Positions 16,922 to 24,930 of a DNA stretch of 24,930 bases are shown one piece after another (positions within the stretch are counted from its first letter, which is position 1; every line of letters starts with the position of its first letter). The stretch is from a bacterium (GTDB lineage Bacteria; SZUA-182; DTGQ01; JAFGSM01). Where the stretch lies: NCBI GenBank assembly GCA_049472355.1, contig JBLIRP010000061.1, positions 1 to 24,930 of the forward strand, read 5' to 3'. The notes under the pieces are model-generated. The model searched no databases. It was not told the DNA's origin and worked only from the letters and a program-made list of their open reading frames with translations. The translations under genes were made by a program, and so were the position numbers.

Positions 16922-18757
16922 TTAACGGCATCTCTCGAAGCGGCATCTCCCCGAGCAGCATTCATCGTTGCTCGAGCAGGGCTCCCGTCTCTCTTTGCAG
17001 GTGATGCATGGGAGGTCTTCCCCGCTGCAATCCTCATCCACACCGTTCCCGCATTCCTCCTGTGCTCCTGGATGAATACCTTCGGCATTGTCATCACAAT
17101 CCTCATCGTTTATGACATATCCTTCAGGTGCTGAGCATGCCTTGATCGTCTCATCAGGATTTCCGTATCCGTCCCCATCCACATCTTCATAATACGTGGT
17201 TGTTACGCCTTCGTCGATGCTCCCGTCACAATCATTGTCAACGCCGTCGCAGACCTCGGGAGTACCCTCGTCAACTACCTCATTACAGTTGTTGTCGACC
17301 CCGTCGCAGATATCCACAGCGTCTGGATTGATTGCCGAATTATCGTCATTGCAATCAACAGGCCCGCATATGCCGCCTTCAACATAATAACCATCCTTAT
17401 CCTCGTCGGTACAACCCTCGCAAGAGGAATCCTCTCCGTCGCAATCCTCATCTATGCCGTTTCCGCATAGCTCCTGTGCCCCGGGATAAATGGCGGCATT
17501 ATCGTCATTACAATCGGTGCTATTTGTGACATACCCGTCAGGTGCTGAGCATGCCTCGATCGTCACATCAAGATTCCCGTATCCGTCCCCATCCCCGTCA
17601 TGATAATACGTGGTTGTCAGGCCTTCGTCTATGTTACCGTTACAGTTATTGTCAACACCGTCGCAGACCTCTTCGGCGTCGGGATTGATTGCGGGATTAT
17701 GATCATCGCAGTCCCCCTCCTCAGGGCTGTACCCGTCTCCGTCCATGTCACCGGTAAATACCGCTGCATCCCTCCCTATGCTGCAATCGAAGAATTGAAT
17801 CCTGCAAAAGCCGTCTTCACCCCAATCAGTACTCCAGCTATTCTTTATTATCCAATAGCCGACGCCGTCTTCTTCTCCACATCCCACAATGATGACCGCA
17901 TGACCGCCTACGTATGCCCCGGTCAGATGTCTGTAGACCCCTCCTGTATAGGAGTAAAAGTCCTCATAGACAAACATGCCGCAGGGAATAGGGCCGTGCT
18001 GCTGGAGGGCGGTATTGATGTTTCTCACCCCGATTGCCACCCCATTTTCATCCAGAGTTTCATTTAGAGGGTCCGGCACCCATTCCCATCCTGGTATAGT
18101 AACGGCCCTGTCTTGCCAGTCTCCGCATTTTTGGGTGCATCTGCTTGTATAGCTTCGACACATATTCCAAAAACAGGAGCAGTATCCGGATGGATTATAG
18201 ATGAGGCAGGCCTCATCGGTCGTCCCGTTAAGCGTCAGGTAATTGTACGCCCTGTCCATATACCCGCCGCAGCATCCATAGTTACTTGTATCGCACGAGA
18301 CCACCAGTTGCTCCGAAAGGTCATTTCCTCTTGGATCCCCAATTTTCAGCAGGTATGACTCCATTGCCCCAACTGCGGCGAATGCCCAGCAGCTTCCACA
18401 ACTCCCCTGATTTTTAATTGGGGTTACTACCCCTTCCGACCGCCAGTCAAATGAAGTATCATTCACCCCTGCCGTATAGACTGTCGGGCCTTCTTCCATC
18501 CAGGAGGATGATTTCGGTCCCTCGGTAAAGAAAAGCCCGCACAATCTACGTCTTTCTTCAGGGGGAAGCCTCAGGACCGAGGTCTCGCCGGCCTTCCATC
18601 GTGCACCCCTTGCATGAATGGTCTTCTGTATACCGGCAAGTTCTCTGGCCTGTTCAGGGGTAAGACGTGCATATGCCATGGAGCATATGAATATCGAGCA
18701 TACAATAAAGGTTATAGCGAATAGTGGAAATCCTTTTGCCCGAATCAGGTTATTCAT
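16922..18757 (-). CDS. Secreted papain-family (C1A) cysteine protease with C-terminal acidic Cys-rich putative metal-binding repeats
   Basis: Signal peptide, short propeptide (WKAGET), FDWR, QGSCGSCWAF (Q117, C123), GGHAV (H286) and KNSW (N306). Followed by DxDGDGY..DCDD..I.PGA.E.C.G.D..C repeats. GGAGG RBS. Confidence 0.93.
   Translation of the reverse strand: MNNLIRAKGFPLFAITFIVCSIFICSMAYARLTPEQARELAGIQKTIHARGARWKAGETSVLRLPPEERRRLCGLFFTEGPKSSSWMEEGPTVYTAGVNDTSFDWRSEGVVTPIKNQGSCGSCWAFAAVGAMESYLLKIGDPRGNDLSEQLVVSCDTSNYGCCGGYMDRAYNYLTLNGTTDEACLIYNPSGYCSCFWNMCRSYTSRCTQKCGDWQDRAVTIPGWEWVPDPLNETLDENGVAIGVRNINTALQQHGPIPCGMFVYEDFYSYTGGVYRHLTGAYVGGHAVIIVGCGEEDGVGYWIIKNSWSTDWGEDGFCRIQFFDCSIGRDAAVFTGDMDGDGYSPEEGDCDDHNPAINPDAEEVCDGVDNNCNGNIDEGLTTTYYHDGDGDGYGNLDVTIEACSAPDGYVTNSTDCNDDNAAIYPGAQELCGNGIDEDCDGEDSSCEGCTDEDKDGYYVEGGICGPVDCNDDNSAINPDAVDICDGVDNNCNEVVDEGTPEVCDGVDNDCDGSIDEGVTTTYYEDVDGDGYGNPDETIKACSAPEGYVINDEDCDDNAEGIHPGAQEECGNGVDEDCSGEDLPCITCKERREPCSSNDECCSGRCRFERCR
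17110..17671. repeat. Intragenic direct repeat of ~148 bp (17110-17257 and 17524-17671, offset 414 bp)
   Basis: Shared blocks include CAGGTGCTGAGCATGCC, CCGTATCCGTCCCCATCC, ATAATACGTGGTTGT and CCGTCGCAGACCTC. Confidence 0.85.
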
Positions 18758-19490
18758 GACCTTCCTCCATCTATAGTATTAAGAATTCTTCATATGCCTA
18801 TTCCCTTTTCTTGCTTTATCTTACATGGCGTCCCTCCTCTTACAGAACAACATTGGGGGTTATCGGGATCGAGATGCCCCATTCCAGCATTACGACGCGA
18901 ATCCCTTGTCAGGGTAATGGCGAATAACATATTGATGTTAAAATAATACTGAATGCAAGATTGTATTGTTCCGTTGTATGAAACCGCACATGGGAAAGGA
19001 ACGCTACAATGAAGATGCACGTTCAAATGAACAGGTATCGGCTTGAGTAGTGAATTCTATATAAATCGTTTGAAGAAGATTCGTTTGAGGTGTGAAGGAT
19101 ATGCTGAAGACATCCAGCAGGGAAAAATGCCAATTAAATAAATTATATATAGTTACTATAAATAAATCAAGGTGAGGAGAACAGTATATATCTCTGATTC
19201 CTTGACCACTCCCCCAACCCGGTTTACGGCCAGGAGGGGCAGCGGTTGTCAAGAGGTTTTCTTGTGGCACGTCCATCCATGAAATCGCTTGTCCTATGGT
19301 TTTAATATTGTGAAAAAACAATAGCATATCTTTGTTGCGTTTATTTCATTATCTGGTTTATACTTTCATTTGAGTATCCCAGGGAATTCAAGAATCCAAT
19401 GTTAATTTAAGATGTCGACACACCGGGTGCGACGCGATACGCCATTAATTTTTCATAACCAAAAAGATCCGATGAACGGGGGTATCCAGC

Positions 19491-20507
19491 ATGGCATACA
19501 ATTTCAAGAACCTGGTATTTGAAGGCGGAGGTGTCAAGGGAATCGCATATGTGGGTGCAATGGAGGCATTGCTGGAACGGGGCATTTTACAAGACATCGT
19601 GCGCGTCGGTGGCACATCCGCGGGTGCCATCACCGCAATCCTCGTCGGGCTCAACTATTCGGTCGAAGAGATGAGGGATATCCTCTGGCGGCTCGATTTC
19701 AACAACTTCATGGACGATTCCTGGGGGATGGTCAGGGATTCAAAGCGGCTGATCAAGGAATTCTGCTGGTATCAGGGAAATTTCTTCAGGAATTGGATCG
19801 GCCGCATCATAGAGGCGAAAACAGGGAACAGCGAATCCACCTTCGCAGATGTGTACGCGCAAAAATCGAGCAATGGTTTCAAGGACTTGTATTTTATGGG
19901 CACCAACCTCTCCACCCGCTTCAGCGAGATTTTCTCCTATGAGCATACCCCGCGGATATGTATTGCGGATGCTGCCAGGATATCCATGTCCATCCCCCTC
20001 TTTTTTGCGGCAAAGCGTAACTTCAGGGGGGATGTATATGTGGATGGCGGCGTTCTGGTCAACTACCCCATCAAGCTCTTTGACAGGGAGAAATATATAA
20101 ACAGGGGTGGCCGCAGAACGATTTACTATGATGCCCACAATCAGGAACTGGTTGCCTCGGGTAAACGCATCAGCAGCTATATCTACAACAAGGAAACCCT
20201 CGGGTTCCGCCTTGATTCGGCAAAGGAGATCGCCGTATTCAGGGACCAGGCAGAGCCGCAACGCCGCAACGTGGATGATTTCTTCTCCTATGCATGGGCC
20301 CTCGTTGAAACCATACTGGAATTTCAGCAGAGCATCCACCTGCACGATGATGACTGGCAGCGCACCATCTATATAGACACCCTGGGGGTAAAGACAACGG
20401 ATTTTGACCTGGCCGAGGACAAGAAGAACAGGCTGGTGGAGTCAGGCCGCAATGGTGTGGAAAAGTACTTCGAATGGTTCGACGCGAGCAACCCGGCGAA
20501 CAAGTAA
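19491..20507 (+). CDS. Patatin-like phospholipase
   Basis: GGGVKG oxyanion motif, GTSAG nucleophile elbow, SMSIP.FF and catalytic YVDGG. No signal peptide. Confidence 0.93.
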   Translation: MAYNFKNLVFEGGGVKGIAYVGAMEALLERGILQDIVRVGGTSAGAITAILVGLNYSVEEMRDILWRLDFNNFMDDSWGMVRDSKRLIKEFCWYQGNFFRNWIGRIIEAKTGNSESTFADVYAQKSSNGFKDLYFMGTNLSTRFSEIFSYEHTPRICIADAARISMSIPLFFAAKRNFRGDVYVDGGVLVNYPIKLFDREKYINRGGRRTIYYDAHNQELVASGKRISSYIYNKETLGFRLDSAKEIAVFRDQAEPQRRNVDDFFSYAWALVETILEFQQSIHLHDDDWQRTIYIDTLGVKTTDFDLAEDKKNRLVESGRNGVEKYFEWFDASNPANK

Positions 20508-20884
20508 TCAGGCATGAGTAATGTGATGCTATCCCGCATCCGGGCCCGTGCGCCGTGAATCCTGTTGTGGCATCTCACGCTGGTTCCTTATCCGGTCTCA
20601 ATGCCCGGATAATCGGCGGATTGAATGAATCCAGGGGTCCAATAGATTCCGTTGAGGAACCTGTTCCGTACGTCCCAAATTTTGTAATATTATATGTATC
20701 AGGAAAAGATCCATCCGGTTGCGTCTATTCCATCAGATGATTGAGCACTCGCTGAAGCTCACGTTTCTTCGAAGACATCTCAGAATTCATTATACACCGC
20801 AGATTGAGTGTTATCCGCACACATCTCCATGGCTGACGGCATGTTGCCGCATGAAAGGCTATTACATTGGATGGAATCGATCCT

Positions 20885-23800
20885 ATGAAAAGGAAAAGGT
20901 CCCCCGTACATAAGATTACGCGCCCGTCCATTGCGGAGGCGGTTCCGAGACAGAGGCTCTTTTGCCTGTTGGATCAGGAGAGAAAGGCGCCGGTCATCTG
21001 GGTGACCAGCCCGGCAGGCTCCGGGAAGACCACGCTCATTGCAAGCTACATCGCCGAACGGAAGGTGCCCTGTGTATGGTACAAGGTGGATCCGGGCGAT
21101 GCGGATATCGCCTCCTTCTTTTATTACATGCGAATTGCGGTAAGGATGGCTTCACCGCGCAGGAAAGGGGATCTGCCCCTGTTCACCCCTGAATACCTCC
21201 CCGGGGTTTCCATATTCACCCGACGGTTCTTCGAAGGGATCTACAGCCGTCTTGAAGGTCCGTGGATTATGGTGTTTGATGACTATCAATGCGTCCCTGA
21301 GCAATCGGCATTTCATGAGGTCATACATACGGGGCTGCGTATGATGGAGGACGACGTGACCGCCATATTGATGAGCCGTGAGGATACTCCCCCTTCCCTG
21401 GTATCTCTCCAGGCACATAATGCCATGCAGGTGCTCGACTGGAATGATCTCCGTTTCTCGTTGGAGGAATCAAGGGCCGTTGTCGAGCGCTATGTAAAAG
21501 CGGAGATCCCCCATGAGACGGCCGAGCATGCTCACAAGGTCACGCAGGGGTGGATCGCCGGCCTGATCCTGATGGCTCAACGGATGAACCTGGAGGCTCG
21601 GAATCACGATACGCACGGCATCTCGACGCCAACGGAGATATTTGACTATTTTGCAGGGGAGGTATTCAAGGGGATCGATACCCGCACCCAGGATTTCTTG
21701 CTCGAAACGGCATTTCTCCCTGCCATGACCCCCCGCAACGCCGAGAATCTCTCCGGTGTCTCCAATGCGGGCCACATACTCTCCGTATTGAACCGAAAGA
21801 ACTGTTTCACCGAAAGGCTCTACCACCCGCACCTCATGTACCGATACCATCCCCTGTTCAGGGATTTTCTACTGGCGCGGGCCAGGGGGAGATTTTCACA
21901 GGATGCGGTCCTTTCCCTCCAGCACCGTGCTGCTGAGATCCTCGAGAATGAGGGCCAGGTTGAGGATGCGATTGAGATGTACTGCATGTCAGGGGAATGG
22001 GAGCGGCTTTCACGGTTGATCCTCCGCCAGGCCCCGTTCCTGGTCTCCGCCGGACGGCACCGCACCCTGGAAGGCTGGCTCAAATGGCTTCCCGGAGAAA
22101 TCCTCCGGAGCTCACCATGGCTTCTCTTCTGGTTGGGCGTGTGCCGTGTCCCCTATGACGTCCATGAGGGCAGGAAATGCCTCGAAGACGCCCATGCACT
22201 GTTTGGCGATGAAGGGGACTCTGCCGGCCTCTTTTTGTGCACGTCCTACCTCATCGACACCTTCCTGATCGAGCGCGGGAATATCGTTTCTATTGAGAAG
22301 TGGAGCAAGGAGATGGAACGTCTGACCGCCCTGTATCCCGCATTTCCCTCCCGGGAGATAGATGCCCATGTCACCCTCAGCATGACCAGTGCCCTGATAT
22401 TCTATCAACCCATGCATCCCTCATTGCCGGCGTGGGAGGAAAGGGCGGACCTCCTCATCCGGAGCGATACCGATCTCACGCAGCGCATGGTGATGGGGAG
22501 TTGGCTCATCCTTCACCATCTCAGATCTGCCGAATATGCCAAGGCAGGGGTCATTATAGACCTGTTGAGGCCCTTGGGTCGGGCATCCGAACACTCGCCC
22601 ATGGCATCGATCCTGTGGTGGGGATGCAGGGCCTGCTATTTGTGGCTCACCGGGCGCTGCGAGGAGTGCCAGGAATCGGTGGAAACGGGGCTCGATATCG
22701 CGAACAAGAGCGGCGTGCACATATTTGACTGTGCGATCCTGGAATTTGGCGCGTACAGCGCACTGAGTGCCGGGGACTATCCGCGCGCCCGCTCGTATTT
22801 GGAAAGAACGGCTGCAGTGCTCAACAAAAACATGCTCTACGATGTCTCACAATACCACTTTCTCATGGCATGGGAGGCATTGCTCAGGGGCAGACTCGCG
22901 CCAGCCACGGAGCATGCGGAAAAGGCGGTCACCACGGCGGACTGGATCGGAGAGCCGTTCATCAGGGCCATCTCCTATTCAGGTCTTGCCCAGGTCCTCC
23001 TCGAGAGAGGAAGCCGTCAGAAGGCCTCCGAGCATATCGAGGAGTCACTGAGGATCAGTCGGGAAATACATTGTTATCCGAACGAATTCAAGTGCCTCTT
23101 GGTAAAGGCCTATTGCGCCTTTACCAATGGGGATGAAGGGGAGGGGATAGAGTACCTGAGGGCTGGTATGTCCATGGGGAGGGAGAAGGAACTCGGCATG
23201 ATGGATTTCCTGCACCCCCCGATCATGGCAGAGGTGTGTTCGCGGGCGCTCGAGCACGGCATTGAGAAGGAATATGTGCAATGGCTCATCCGCACCCTGA
23301 GGCTGAAACCCAGGGACCCCGCCCACACCTGCGAACACTGGCCGTGGCCTGTCAAGATCTTTACCCTTGATGGTTTTTCCATCCTGATCCAGGGGAAAGT
23401 GGTGGATTTTCATTCAAAGGTGCAGAAGCGGCCGATCGAGATGCTCAAGGTCCTCGTTGCCTCGGGTGAGCGGGAGGTGGGTGAAATGCAGGTGAGCGAC
23501 ATGCTCTGGCCCGATGCGGATGGGGATATGGCACATCGTTCCTTTGCCACCACGCTCCACCGCCTGCGGTGCCTGCTCGGGGATGAAAAGACGATCCGGC
23601 TCAGGGATGGGAAGGTCGGCCTGGTGCCCTGTTCGTGCTGGGTCGATGCGGCGGCCTTCGAGCATATCCTGGCGCAGGCCGATGACGCCACAAAGCAGGG
23701 GAATAAAGCCACGGCGGTCGATCTCCTGGAGAGGGCCGTTGCTCTTTATAGGGGGCCCTTTTTACCGGAGGATGCAGTAAAGGCATGGTCCGTCTCGTAC

Positions 23801-24088
23801 AGGGAGCGCCTCAGGTACAAATTCATTCGTGCCGTTGCAAAGCTCGGGTGCCTGCATGAGGAGGAAGGAGCACTGGACAGGGCCATAGAATGCTTCGAGA
23901 GGGGGCTCGATGTGGATGACCTCGCCGAGGGGTTGTACCACCATCTCATGCTCTGCCTTGCCCGGCTTGGCAGGAAGTCCGAGGCAATCGGCGTGTACGG
24001 CCGGTGCAAAAAGACACTCTCGGCAGTCCTGGGAATCGAACCCTCCAGGAAGACCGATGACATCTACAGGTCCCTGTTTTCTAAATAG
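20885..24088 (+). CDS. MalT-like STAND ATPase with TPR region and C-terminal wHTH-BTAD (SARP) transcriptional activator module
   Basis: SPAGSGKTT Walker A, VFDDYQ Walker B, TQGWIAGL, YRYHPLFRDFL and TPR-like helices. C-terminal LWPDAD..FATTLHRLR, VDAAAFE, LYRGPFL and LGIEPS. Start is ATG 20885 or TTG 20867. Confidence 0.9.
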   Translation: MKRKRSPVHKITRPSIAEAVPRQRLFCLLDQERKAPVIWVTSPAGSGKTTLIASYIAERKVPCVWYKVDPGDADIASFFYYMRIAVRMASPRRKGDLPLFTPEYLPGVSIFTRRFFEGIYSRLEGPWIMVFDDYQCVPEQSAFHEVIHTGLRMMEDDVTAILMSREDTPPSLVSLQAHNAMQVLDWNDLRFSLEESRAVVERYVKAEIPHETAEHAHKVTQGWIAGLILMAQRMNLEARNHDTHGISTPTEIFDYFAGEVFKGIDTRTQDFLLETAFLPAMTPRNAENLSGVSNAGHILSVLNRKNCFTERLYHPHLMYRYHPLFRDFLLARARGRFSQDAVLSLQHRAAEILENEGQVEDAIEMYCMSGEWERLSRLILRQAPFLVSAGRHRTLEGWLKWLPGEILRSSPWLLFWLGVCRVPYDVHEGRKCLEDAHALFGDEGDSAGLFLCTSYLIDTFLIERGNIVSIEKWSKEMERLTALYPAFPSREIDAHVTLSMTSALIFYQPMHPSLPAWEERADLLIRSDTDLTQRMVMGSWLILHHLRSAEYAKAGVIIDLLRPLGRASEHSPMASILWWGCRACYLWLTGRCEECQESVETGLDIANKSGVHIFDCAILEFGAYSALSAGDYPRARSYLERTAAVLNKNMLYDVSQYHFLMAWEALLRGRLAPATEHAEKAVTTADWIGEPFIRAISYSGLAQVLLERGSRQKASEHIEESLRISREIHCYPNEFKCLLVKAYCAFTNGDEGEGIEYLRAGMSMGREKELGMMDFLHPPIMAEVCSRALEHGIEKEYVQWLIRTLRLKPRDPAHTCEHWPWPVKIFTLDGFSILIQGKVVDFHSKVQKRPIEMLKVLVASGEREVGEMQVSDMLWPDADGDMAHRSFATTLHRLRCLLGDEKTIRLRDGKVGLVPCSCWVDAAAFEHILAQADDATKQGNKATAVDLLERAVALYRGPFLPEDAVKAWSVSYRERLRYKFIRAVAKLGCLHEEEGALDRAIECFERGLDVDDLAEGLYHHLMLCLARLGRKSEAIGVYGRCKKTLSAVLGIEPSRKTDDIYRSLFSK

Positions 24089-24201
24089 AATCTCAACCAT
24101 CCGTTTTTTTCATCCCTCCTTTTTATACATTCCTTTCACCTGAAAATCCCCTTTGGGTATTTTCATAATTCTTTGCGAATCATAAGATTCATCCATGGTT
24201 C

Positions 24202-24238
24202 ATCTGTAACCAATCTGTAACCTCTGCTGTGGTATTCT
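24202..24238 (+). promoter_or_regulatory. Direct-repeat activator box plus extended -10
   Basis: ATCTGTAACC at 24202-24211 and 24213-24222 (11-bp period), then TG-G-TATTCT at 24230-24238. Confidence 0.7.
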
Positions 24239-24284
24239 GATTATAACGTTCACCTGTTGACAAATTCCCCATGAATGGATCGCC

Positions 24285-24491
24285 ATGTTTCTGAAGAGCT
24301 TTATAGTCCGCATTTACCGCTGCGAAGGCGACAACCCTCACAAACTGATCGGGTCGGTGGAGGAGATCGGGGACCCAGGGAAGATGGCATTCACCAATCC
24401 CGACGAGCTCTGGTCCATATTGACCTGTGCAAGCAAAAAGGCGCTCCCTGTAAAGGAGGAGCAGAACGATTCCCATTATTCACCTATATAG
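24285..24491 (+). CDS. Small hypothetical protein (68 aa)
   Basis: SFIVRIYR..LIGSVEEIG..GKMAFTNPDELWSIL suggests a compact beta-beta-beta-alpha pattern. Lies directly behind the repeat-bearing promoter. Confidence 0.7.
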   Translation: MFLKSFIVRIYRCEGDNPHKLIGSVEEIGDPGKMAFTNPDELWSILTCASKKALPVKEEQNDSHYSPI

Positions 24492-24870
24492 CTGCCAAGT
24501 AAAAATGATTACCCATGGTTTTTATGATATCCCAAGGCAATGTGGAGAAAAAACAGGGAAAGGATCTACAACCTTTGATCGGTCATGGAATGTCTAATGA
24601 AAATCGAAAACTCCGTTTATACCTTATCCAGAAAGGCAATTTGTCTCGAAAGCGCACCTGTTCATAAAAAGATGACATAGATTTTCACTATTCGTGGCGC
24701 CTCGGAGGGGTGTGAATGTTTCGTAAGTAGATGGAGAAGGGGGGTGATACAAAAGCGGTTGGTATATCCTATGAAAGGAATTCATTTAACGTGCTCACAT
24801 TTTCTTGGAGCCTTATTGTATCATGGTAATCCATCCTTCATGGAAATGTGAGAAGGCATGGAGGCCGATC

Positions 24871-24930
24871 ATGAAGATCAACAAATTATTATTGACCGTT
24901 AGTATTACCGTATTTATGGTAGTAATGGTA
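24871..24930 (+). CDS. 5' end of a secreted or membrane protein (partial)
   Basis: GGAGG at 24860-24864 and ATG at 24871. MKINKLLLTVSITVFMVVMV is a basic n-region plus hydrophobic h-region. Confidence 0.7.
   Translation, partial: MKINKLLLTVSITVFMVVMV

Noticed and set aside
16798..17106. N-terminal 103 aa of the 273-aa ORF-track call
   Set aside because: It overlaps the protease 3' end in another frame; the RBS and signal peptide support a start at 16797.
17110..17671. Repeat pair as a DGR template/variable repeat or CRISPR array
   Set aside because: Both copies are in-frame coding repeats, the differences are not adenine-specific, and no reverse transcriptase or cas gene is present.
18820..18846. 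Two TGTAAG motifs (minus strand) upstream of the protease as a second regulator box
   Set aside because: The spacing is 19 bp rather than 11 or 22, and the match to ATCTGTAACC is only partial.
19491..24088. CBASS or Avs antiphage system (patatin plus STAND)
   Set aside because: No CD-NTase is present, the STAND ends in a DNA-binding SARP module rather than carrying an effector domain, and the genes are ~380 bp apart.

Overview
Bacterial window with GC-rich genes and AT-rich spacers; the gene content suggests an anaerobic Deltaproteobacteria-like genome (inference). Left part: a glycogen-to-trehalose operon on the minus strand (treZ, GH57/DUF3536, treY). It is bracketed by two type II toxin-antitoxin pairs: DUF2281-like/MazF, and BrnT/CopG-like, where the BrnT gene is missing from the ORF track because it has no ATG/GTG/TTG start. 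A short palindromic IS200/IS605-like element lies upstream of treZ. Middle: LOG-family nucleotidase, DUF1998 (MrfA/Hrq1-like) helicase, a small membrane protein, a long-variant NadE, an ORF-less promoter-to-terminator unit (sRNA candidate) and a Tat-signal DUF362 protein. Right part: a secreted papain-like protease with acidic Cys repeats and a knottin-like tail, followed by a chagasin (I42) inhibitor; a patatin phospholipase; and a MalT-like STAND protein with a C-terminal wHTH-BTAD (SARP) module. That regulator is followed by an 11-bp-spaced direct-repeat promoter, a 68-aa hypothetical gene and the start of a secreted protein. Best leads: (i) the STAND-SARP/direct repeat/small protein module, (ii) the protease-inhibitor pair, (iii) a GH57 whose catalytic Asp position is Ala. 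All family calls are by motif recognition; no searches were run.
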